Source: a virus
Taxonomy: Duplodnaviria; Caudoviricetes
Reading direction: 5' to 3' (one strand)
Virus record (IMG/VR): IMGVR_UViG_3300032329_000042
Span: 1 to 33,297 of that record
DNA length: 33,297 nucleotides
How positions within the stretch are numbered: position 1 is the stretch's first letter; the number at the start of each line of letters is the position of its first letter. Below the pieces are notes generated by a model. That model made no database searches and was not told where the DNA came from. It was given only the letters and a program-made list of their open reading frames with translations. A program made the position numbers and the translations under genes. Shown here piece by piece: positions 17,308-24,046 of this stretch.

Positions 17308-17526
17308 ATGAACACACAAATACCCCCAGATGAGCGCCGACAACTGGCAGAAAAAGTTGGCATAAACGAGCAATATCTTTACCAGTGCCTCACCGGCAGG
17401 CGTGAGATGTCAGCATGGGAGGCCGTCAGAGTGGAGCAGGCCAGCGATGGGCGGCTCACTCGCAAGATGGTGTGCCAGGGCAGCTGGCAGTCTATTTGGC
17501 CAGAGCTGGTGGAGGCAAAAGCATGA
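17308..17526 (+). CDS. Cro/YdaS-like HTH regulator
   Basis: RRQLAEKVGINEQYLYQCLTGRR HTH, RVEQASDGRLTR, WQSIWPEL; divergent from the early operon and ahead of the replication gene. Confidence 0.85.
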   Translation: MNTQIPPDERRQLAEKVGINEQYLYQCLTGRREMSAWEAVRVEQASDGRLTRKMVCQGSWQSIWPELVEAKA

Positions 17527-19583
17527 GCAATTTAACTTCTATTTTCCCCAACGGCTTCGCGGCCGCAACAGAAAGCCAAGACCTAATAAACCCAGAAGAA
17601 GCGTTTCGCCGTCATTGCGAGGCTGCTGGCTTGCTGATCAAAGACCAGATCATTGCTGACGGTGAAATTCATCGTGTATCACATGTATCGAGCAAGAAGG
17701 GTGCGCTTGACGGCTGGTACATCTTGCACACCAGCGGCAAAGTGCCAGTAGGCATTGCCGGCTGTTGGAAAGAACCAGTGTTTGAGAGCAAATGGATTGC
17801 AGATACTGGCCGTGCCATGTCGTTCACCGAGCGCTTTGAGCATGACAAGTGGGTGGCAGAAGTCAAAGCCAAGAAGGATGCTGATCGGTTGGCATCTCAG
17901 GCCGTGGCTGCTGAGCGTGCAGAGGATGAGGTGGGAACGTATGCAGATGCAAGCAATGACCATCCTTACCTTGTCAGAAAGCATGTCAGCGCCAACGGGA
18001 TCAAGATTGATCGGGCGGGGCGACTAGTTGTGCCGGTCATTAACCAGGCAGGGGAAATCCTCAGTTACCAGACCATTGATGCAGATGGCAACAAGCGGTT
18101 CCTCAAAGGCGGCAAGATCGAGGGCGGGTTCTACGAACTGCGCGGTAACCGTAAGATCGTGTTCATTGGTGAGGGCTTTGCCACATGCGCGTCAATCCAT
18201 GAGGCGACTGGCTACACCGTGTTGGTGGCATTTGATTGTGGCAATCTGGCCAAGGTGGCCAAGAGCGCCAAGGAGATGTTCCCAGGCTCAAAAATAGTGA
18301 TCGGCGCAGACAATGATCAGTTCACCGAGGGCAACCCTGGCGTCACCAAGGGCAGAGCAGCTGCGGCGCTTGTGTTTGGTGAGATTGTGTACCCATCGTT
18401 TTCAGATTCGGACATGGTGGACAACAAACCTACAGACTTCAATGACCTTCACTGCCTGCAAGGATTGGATGCCGTCAAAGAGCAGATCGAGCGCGTGGCA
18501 GGCCCAATGAAGGACAAACTAGCGTTTGAGTTCAGTCGGGCAGACAGCCTGCAACTCACGCAAATCAAGTGGATCGTGGATGACTACATTGAGGCAGACT
18601 CGCTGGCGCAAGTGTTTGGTGACCCAGGCGGCGGTAAGTCCTTCGTCAGCATCGACATTGCCTGCTGCGTGGCCACAGGCCGTGCCTGGCATGGCCATGA
18701 GGTTAAGCAAGGCTCAGTGTTCTACATTGCCGGTGAAGGCCACAATGGTTTGGCCAGACGTTTTAAGGCATGGCAGATTGGAAACGGCACGAGCTTAGAC
18801 GGTGCGCCATTGTACAAAAGTCACCGTGCGGCTCAGTTGTATGACGCGACTGAAGCTGCGGTGGTGGCCGAAAGCATCAAAGAGCTGTCTGCGCAGGCCG
18901 GAACAGTGCCCAGCCTAATCATCATTGACACTTTGGCGCGTAACCATGGGGGTGACGAGAACAGCACCCAAGATATGAATGCGTTCATTCAGCACCTTGA
19001 CACCTATTTGCGCCAACCATGGAACTGCTGCGTTCTGGTGGTGCATCACTCCGGCGTGGCTGACAAGGATAGGTCAAGGGGTAGCACAGCCCTAAAGGGC
19101 GCCTTGGATGCGGAATATCGATGCCAGTTGGATAGCGGGACAAAGACCATTGCGTTTGAGTCCAAGAAGATGAAGGATGCAGAGATGCCTGCGCCAAAGA
19201 ACTTTCAGATCACCCAAGTGGACTTGCCAATTCAAGACAAACACGGTCTGGCGGTCAAGGGTGCGTACCTGACGGCTGTTGACATTTCGGGCCTGATGGG
19301 CAACATCCAAAAGCGGGTGATCTTGTCAGGCAACCAGCGCATTGCGCTGAACTGCTTGGTGGCCATCGAAGCCAAGCGAGCAGCAGACGGCATTGAAGGT
19401 TTTGCGGCCATGGTGGACTATGACGAGTGGCGTGACTCGGCCAAAGAGCATGGCCTGAATGCTCGGCGATTCAAAGAATGCGTGGAAGCATTGGTCAAGA
19501 AAAACATGGCTTTGGAGAATTCAGACATGTACCGAACTGTACCGAAATGTACCGAAACCGGTACAGTCGGTACAGAGGCTTGA
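17523..19583 (+). CDS. Fused primase (TOPRIM)-helicase (RepA/AAA_25-like) replication protein
   Basis: Start at ATG 17523 (ATGA with cro, GGAGG SD); ADGEIHR, GWY, HPYL..K, IGEGFAT, VAFDCGNL, GADND, DFNDL; Walker A GDPGGGKS, IAGEG, IIIDTL, VHHSG, RGSTAL; possible C-terminal winged helix. Confidence 0.9.
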   Translation: MSNLTSIFPNGFAAATESQDLINPEEAFRRHCEAAGLLIKDQIIADGEIHRVSHVSSKKGALDGWYILHTSGKVPVGIAGCWKEPVFESKWIADTGRAMSFTERFEHDKWVAEVKAKKDADRLASQAVAAERAEDEVGTYADASNDHPYLVRKHVSANGIKIDRAGRLVVPVINQAGEILSYQTIDADGNKRFLKGGKIEGGFYELRGNRKIVFIGEGFATCASIHEATGYTVLVAFDCGNLAKVAKSAKEMFPGSKIVIGADNDQFTEGNPGVTKGRAAAALVFGEIVYPSFSDSDMVDNKPTDFNDLHCLQGLDAVKEQIERVAGPMKDKLAFEFSRADSLQLTQIKWIVDDYIEADSLAQVFGDPGGGKSFVSIDIACCVATGRAWHGHEVKQGSVFYIAGEGHNGLARRFKAWQIGNGTSLDGAPLYKSHRAAQLYDATEAAVVAESIKELSAQAGTVPSLIIIDTLARNHGGDENSTQDMNAFIQHLDTYLRQPWNCCVLVVHHSGVADKDRSRGSTALKGALDAEYRCQLDSGTKTIAFESKKMKDAEMPAPKNFQITQVDLPIQDKHGLAVKGAYLTAVDISGLMGNIQKRVILSGNQRIALNCLVAIEAKRAADGIEGFAAMVDYDEWRDSAKEHGLNARRFKECVEALVKKNMALENSDMYRTVPKCTETGTVGTEA

Positions 19584-19716
19584 TGTACCGATGCGTGTAC
19601 CGAAATGTACCGAAACGTACCGATTTGTACCGATGCAAACCCCCTGTGGTGTACCGAAACGTACCGAACGTGTCTATAGACACGTTCAGGTTCGGTACAA
19701 AAAGGGTTTCGGTACA
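19527..19716. repeat. Iteron array with central palindrome, putative replication origin
   Basis: GTACCGA direct at 19529, 19539, 19549, 19585, 19597, 19607, 19617, 19627, 19651, 19661; inverted TCGGTAC at 19567, 19692, 19709; perfect 22-bp palindrome GAACGTGTCTATAGACACGTTC at 19666-19687. Confidence 0.8.
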
Positions 19717-19761
19717 TGCCGGCGGTTTTTGGGTTGGTTTTGACAGGATTGGGGAGAGTCT

Positions 19762-20109
19762 GTGATTGAAGTAGAAATGGACATGAAGATCGTGTCAGTG
19801 GCCAACATGAGGTTGCATTGGGCGGCCAAAGCAAGGTTGACTAAAACCCAGCGGCAAAAGACAAGGATGGCCTTGGCAGCTGTTGCACAGTCCTATGGCG
19901 TTGAGATATTGCCAGTGACCGTGGTGTTGACCAGGGTGGCTCCAAGAAAGCTAGACGGCGACAACTTGCAGTCTGGGTTCAAAGCGGTAAGAGACGGGGT
20001 GGCTGACTGGCTTGGCGTTGATGATGGGAGCAGCATGATTGAGTGGCAGTACAACCAAAGGTCTGGTGGGCCGAAGGTGTACAAGGTTGAGATCGAGGTG
20101 ATAACATGA
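19762..20109 (+). CDS. rusA: RusA-like Holliday junction resolvase
   Basis: LDGDNLQSGFKAVRDGVADWLGVDDG matches DxDN-x3-K-x3-D...DD; SVAN..HW N-terminal motif; GTG start with GGGGAG SD. Confidence 0.75.
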   Translation: MIEVEMDMKIVSVANMRLHWAAKARLTKTQRQKTRMALAAVAQSYGVEILPVTVVLTRVAPRKLDGDNLQSGFKAVRDGVADWLGVDDGSSMIEWQYNQRSGGPKVYKVEIEVIT

Positions 20110-20255
20110 TGGCGTGCGCTACATGCAGTTGCCGCACTTTTCGTGAAGGCTGTTAAGCCAGCGCTCGAGGATGGTGATTTGCGGATTTTCTGGCTTTCTC
20201 CCGCAACTGGTCAAAACCCAAATCGAAGCCTTTACATTTTTTTAGGAGTTTACAA

Positions 20256-20756
20256 GTGACTGATAACTTGGCGGTGCAAAAGCACCCTGGCGGCCGGCCC
20301 GTCGTGTTTGGTATTGATAATCCGTGTTGGAAAACCATTTGCGAGCAAATATCTATTGGCAAAAGTTTAAGCACGGCGATTAAGGCAGAAGGGATGCCTT
20401 CGTACCATTGCGTGATGCTAATGATTAAGAACAACCCAGAGTTTCGTGGGATGTACGAAAAGGCCATTGAGAATCGCGCAGATCGCTTAGCTGAGGAAAT
20501 CCTTGAACTGGCGGACGAACAGATGCCAGAAGGCTTAGAAGGCCCGTTGGCGAGCGCTTGGGTACAACAGAAGCGGATGCAAGTCGATGCGCGTAAGTGG
20601 GTAGCTTCAAAGCTCAAGCCCAAGGTCTACGGTGATCGCATTGATGTGGCCGTTACAGACAATCGAATCAGCGTGATGGATGCCTTGAAAGAAGCCAAGC
20701 AACGCGTGTTGAAGGACGACAGCAATGTTGTTGATGCAGAGGTTAAAGAGGCGTAA
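20256..20756 (+). CDS. terS: Terminase small subunit (Sf6 gp1-like)
   Basis: GRP, ICEQISIGKSL, MPS, PEFRGMYEKA..NRADRLAEEILELAD, RMQVDARKWVASKLKPKVYGDR; GTG start with AGGAG SD. Confidence 0.85.
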   Translation: MTDNLAVQKHPGGRPVVFGIDNPCWKTICEQISIGKSLSTAIKAEGMPSYHCVMLMIKNNPEFRGMYEKAIENRADRLAEEILELADEQMPEGLEGPLASAWVQQKRMQVDARKWVASKLKPKVYGDRIDVAVTDNRISVMDALKEAKQRVLKDDSNVVDAEVKEA

Positions 20757-20816
20757 TTGGGAAGGGTTGGGCGCTTTTCGCAAAGATTTTCTGCAACTAC
20801 GCACGCGCGCGGCCAG

Positions 20817-20834
20817 CGTTGCGTAAACGCAACG
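20817..20834. other. 18-bp inverted repeat, possible protein-binding site
   Basis: CGTTGCGT-AA-ACGCAACG. Confidence 0.55.
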
Positions 20835-20868
20835 AAAAGAAAGCCAAACAACAAGAAAAGCATCGTCC

Positions 20869-20896
20869 GCTTTATACAATGACCATTATGTTAAGT
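20869..20896 (+). other. dif-like XerC/XerD recombination site
   Basis: GCTTTATACAA-TGACCA-TTATGTTAAGT: 11-6-11 layout; right arm matches the E. coli dif XerD arm TTATGTTAAAT at 10/11; left arm matches the reverse complement of the right arm at 7/11. Confidence 0.75.
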
Positions 20897-20906
20897 TGAC
20901 CCTGAG

Positions 20907-20995
20907 TTATCCACAGAAAAAATAGAACCAAAACATTACAGTTTGAGTTATGAACAGACAAATGTGGACAACTGTGGAAAAGTACCTGTGGACAA
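20907..20995. promoter_or_regulatory. Cluster of five DnaA-box-like 9-mers
   Basis: TTATCCACA 20907-20915 (perfect); TTATGAACA 20948-20956; reverse boxes TGTGGACAA 20963-20971, TGTGGAAAA 20973-20981, TGTGGACAA 20987-20995. Confidence 0.75.
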
Positions 20996-21028
20996 CGCCC
21001 ATGACCCTGCCCAACTGGCCGAGGGCAG

Positions 21029-21097
21029 GGGGGTAGGGCCGGCGCAAAGGGCCGAGGGAAAGGCTACCCCCGCGAACATTTTTTATTTTTATTTTTT
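21029..21097 (+). terminator. Possible terminator-like stem plus T-tract upstream of terL
   Basis: GGGGGTAG (21029-21036) can pair with CTACCCCC (21064-21071), inner GGCC/GGCC; the T-rich run starts 8 nt later (21079-21097), further than in a canonical terminator. Confidence 0.35.
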
Positions 21098-21123
21098 CAA
21101 AAAATCAATTACTATCCCCCCCA

Positions 21124-22650
21124 ATGCAAACCACAATCTACAAGCCCGAAGACGAACAAGAGTTGATGGCCACTCTGTGGACACCGGCGATTGCCGATGA
21201 CCCAGAGGCGTTTGTGCTGTTTGCTTTCCCTTGGGGCCAAGAGAACACGCCTTTGGCGAACTTCAAAGGCCCACGCAAATGGCAGCGCGAAGTCTTGCGC
21301 GAAATTGCCACCCACATCAAGCGCCAACAAGGCCGCATAGACTTTGAAACCCTTCGGCACGCCGTCAGTTCTGGCCGTGGTATTGGCAAGTCTGCCCTCG
21401 TGTCCTGGCTAACCATCTGGATGTTGTCTACCCGCATAGGCTCAACAACAATCATTTCGGCCAACTCAGAAGCCCAGCTGCGTGCAGTCACATGGGCCGA
21501 GATCACAAAGTGGTTGGCCATGAGCATCAACAGTCACTGGTTTGAGGTTGCGGCCACCAAGATCACGCCTGCGGCATGGCTCACTGAACTGGTTGAGAAA
21601 GACCTGAAAAAAGGCACACGGTATTGGGCTGTTGAAGGCCGCCTTTGGAGCGCAGAAAACCCAGATGCTTATGCGGGTGTCCACAACTTTGATGGTGTGA
21701 TGGTGATTTTTGATGAGGCCAGCGGTATTGACGACTCGATTTGGGCTGTGACGGCTGGTTTCTTTACCGAGAACACACCGAACCGCCTTTGGCTGGCTTT
21801 TTCCAATCCACGCCGCAACACTGGCTACTTTTATGAATGCTTTAACTCCAAGCGCGACTTTTGGAGCAACAAGGTGGTGGACGCACGCACAGTGGAAGGC
21901 ACAGACAAACAAGTCTACCAAAACATCATTGACGAATACGGCCCAGACTCAAGCCAGGCACACGTTGAGGTCTATGGCATGTTCCCATCTGAGGGTGATG
22001 ACCAGTTTATTCCGGCTGACATTGTGGATGAGGCCATGAGCAGGCCGAAATACAAGGATCAGACAGCGCCAATCATCATTGGTGTTGACCCTGCACGCTT
22101 TGGCGCTGACGCCACCGTCATTGCTATCAGACAAGGACGTGACATTGTGCGCATTGACCGCCATCGAGGTGATGACACCATGACGGTTGTTGGCCACATC
22201 ATTGAGGCCATTGAGGAATTCAGCCCAGCCCTAGTGGTCATTGACGAAGGTGGGCTTGGCGCTGGCATTGTTGACCGCCTCAAAGAGCAGCGCTACAAGA
22301 TCAAGGGTGTTAATTTTGGCAATAAGTCGGCAAATCCGATCATGTATGGCAATAAACGCGCAGAGATGTGGGGAAAAATGAAAGAATGGCTGCGCTCTGC
22401 CAGCATTCCTAAAGATAGGTTCTTGAAAACTGATTTGGTTTCGCCTATGATCAAGCCAGATTCGAGGGGCACTATATTTTTGGAGTCAAAGAAGGACATG
22501 AAGGCCCGTGGCCTTGCATCTCCTGACGCAGCTGACGCAATATGCGTTACATTTGCGTTTCCTGTGGCTCATAGGGAATATACTGCGAAGGAAAGAACCC
22601 GCGCATATTCTGACCGCGGTGCAGTTGCAACTTCATGGATGGGATCATAA
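21124..22650 (+). CDS. terL: Terminase large subunit
   Basis: WQREVL, Walker A SGRGIGKS, Walker B VIFDEASG, FSNP, nuclease IGVDPARFGAD, IDEGGLGAG, SPDAADA. Confidence 0.95.
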   Translation: MQTTIYKPEDEQELMATLWTPAIADDPEAFVLFAFPWGQENTPLANFKGPRKWQREVLREIATHIKRQQGRIDFETLRHAVSSGRGIGKSALVSWLTIWMLSTRIGSTTIISANSEAQLRAVTWAEITKWLAMSINSHWFEVAATKITPAAWLTELVEKDLKKGTRYWAVEGRLWSAENPDAYAGVHNFDGVMVIFDEASGIDDSIWAVTAGFFTENTPNRLWLAFSNPRRNTGYFYECFNSKRDFWSNKVVDARTVEGTDKQVYQNIIDEYGPDSSQAHVEVYGMFPSEGDDQFIPADIVDEAMSRPKYKDQTAPIIIGVDPARFGADATVIAIRQGRDIVRIDRHRGDDTMTVVGHIIEAIEEFSPALVVIDEGGLGAGIVDRLKEQRYKIKGVNFGNKSANPIMYGNKRAEMWGKMKEWLRSASIPKDRFLKTDLVSPMIKPDSRGTIFLESKKDMKARGLASPDAADAICVTFAFPVAHREYTAKERTRAYSDRGAVATSWMGS

Positions 22651-22805
22651 TGGCAACGAAACCTGGGCTTTATGCCAACATTCACGCCAAACAAGAGCGT
22701 ATCGCGCATGGCTCCAAGGAAAAGATGCGCTCCCCTGGCGATAAAGGCGCACCCACCGCCAAAGCGTTCAAGCAGTCGGCCAAGACGGCCAAGAAAGGTA
22801 AATAA
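22650..22805 (+). CDS. 51-aa basic protein (not in the ORF track)
   Basis: MATKPGLYANIHAKQERIAHGSKEKMRSPGDKGAPTAKAFKQSAKTAKKGK; TAATG overlaps at both ends. Confidence 0.8.
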   Translation: MATKPGLYANIHAKQERIAHGSKEKMRSPGDKGAPTAKAFKQSAKTAKKGK

Positions 22806-23233
22806 TGGCAAACCGTAAACCAATTGGCGTAGCGTACGAAGATCAAAATATTATCGGCGCGGATATTGTCCAAGCCACTACCATTGCTTGCACAGGCACG
22901 ATTGGTTATGCGTCAGGTGCTTACGACACCGTAACGCAACAAAATAACAAAACCACTGGCGTGACAATTAACACGCCTTCTGGTCAAATTGTTACGGCCA
23001 ACGCTCAATTGGCGCCTAGCGCTAACGCTGTGTTTGTAGTAACTTGCAGCACTGTTAGCACCAAAGATGTTGTGGTGATCAGCGTGGCTTCAGGCGGCAC
23101 TGTGGGTGCATACAATGTGTTTATTGCGGCCATCGCAGATGGTTCGTTTACCGTGGTGATTAAAAACATCACAAACAATGCTTATTCTGAGGCGTTGCAT
23201 TTAAATTACGCCATTTTCCACACTGCCTCATAA
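22805..23233 (+). CDS. Beta-rich putative virion protein
   Basis: 142 aa, T/V/A-rich, VTQ..NKTTGVTINTPSGQI. Confidence 0.7.
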   Translation: MANRKPIGVAYEDQNIIGADIVQATTIACTGTIGYASGAYDTVTQQNNKTTGVTINTPSGQIVTANAQLAPSANAVFVVTCSTVSTKDVVVISVASGGTVGAYNVFIAAIADGSFTVVIKNITNNAYSEALHLNYAIFHTAS

Positions 23234-23241
23234 GGACTGAT

Positions 23242-23394
23242 ATGCCACTGGTTAAATCAAAGTCTCCCGAAGCCTTCCGCAAAAATGTGAAAGCAGAAAT
23301 TGCCGCTGGCGCTCCTGTCAAGCAGGCTGTGGCGATTGCTTACTCCGTCAAGCGCGCTGCTGCAAAACCAGCACCAATGGCCAAGAAAAAATAA
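23242..23394 (+). CDS. 50-aa basic protein with KQAVAIAYS motif (not in the ORF track)
   Basis: MPLVKSKSPEAFRKNVKAEIAAGAPVKQAVAIAYSVKRAAAKPAPMAKKK; AAGGA SD; TAATG coupling. Confidence 0.8.
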   Translation: MPLVKSKSPEAFRKNVKAEIAAGAPVKQAVAIAYSVKRAAAKPAPMAKKK

Positions 23395-23816
23395 TGCCTA
23401 TAAACGCATTAGCCCCCGTGTCCATAAATATGTTGGGTGTAACGCCAGCTTATGCGGCTATTACGGACTTTAGCAAATACGCAAATTTAACAAGCGACAA
23501 CAAAAAGTTAAAAGTTGATTATCAGCCTTTAAATTTTGATGAATTATTAAAGGCGGGCGCGTTTAGGGTAACTCATCAAGGGCTAGACGATGGGTACAAT
23601 CCTGATCCTAAAGCTGGCTTTTCATTAGTATCTGCGTATAACGATGCAGTTGGCCCTGGCACAAGGGGTTGGAAAGATAACCCTCTTGCTTTGCCAGTGG
23701 TTAGAGAATTAATGACTCAACGGCCAGAAGATATGGGCGCACACAAATATATGCAAATTGTTCAATCAGCTAAGGACATGGGTTTGACGGATAGTCAAAT
23801 CTTTGGTACAAAATGA
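23394..23816 (+). CDS. Hypothetical protein
   Basis: 140 aa, coupled at both ends, visibly more AT-rich than its neighbours. Confidence 0.7.
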   Translation: MPINALAPVSINMLGVTPAYAAITDFSKYANLTSDNKKLKVDYQPLNFDELLKAGAFRVTHQGLDDGYNPDPKAGFSLVSAYNDAVGPGTRGWKDNPLALPVVRELMTQRPEDMGAHKYMQIVQSAKDMGLTDSQIFGTK

Positions 23817-24046
23817 AAGCACTGCAAGACTGCATCATCATTGAGCGCGACGTTGAGAAGCACGCGATGTTTGTTTTGCCGCCGGGCGAGAAGCTAGGCA
23901 CTGGTATTGCCATCGCTATTGGCCCAAAATGCCTAGACATCAAAGTTGGCGACCATGTATACTTCGACGTAGGGCAAGAATTTAAGTATGAGAACACAGA
24001 TTATGTTGTCATGCGTGAGCCTCACATTTTAGGGGTTTTGGAATGA
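23813..24046 (+). CDS. groES: GroES/Cpn10-like co-chaperonin
   Basis: MKALQDCIII, FVLP, GIAIAIGP, IKVGDHVYF, YVVMREPHILGVLE follow the GroES pattern (PL.DRV.., I.LP, G.V.AVG, VKVGD.V.F, Y.I.RE.DILA.VE). Confidence 0.85.
   Translation: MKALQDCIIIERDVEKHAMFVLPPGEKLGTGIAIAIGPKCLDIKVGDHVYFDVGQEFKYENTDYVVMREPHILGVLE

Noticed and set aside
19527-19716. CRISPR array or mini-array
   Set aside because: Units are 7-10 bp, in both orientations, with no unique spacers; this fits iterons.
19418-19834. Four overlapping ORFs across the origin
   Set aside because: Products are translations of the repeats (YRNVPK-like); the frames are open because the repeats lack stops.
20110-20255. Structured ncRNA or tRNA upstream of terS
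   Set aside because: Only short alternative pairings (CAGTTGC/GCAACTG, TTGCGG/CCGCAA); no cloverleaf or T-loop; too weak to call without covariation.
20943-21200. 85-aa ORF between terS and terL
   Set aside because: No SD; it runs through DnaA boxes, G-runs and T-tracts and overlaps terL out of frame.
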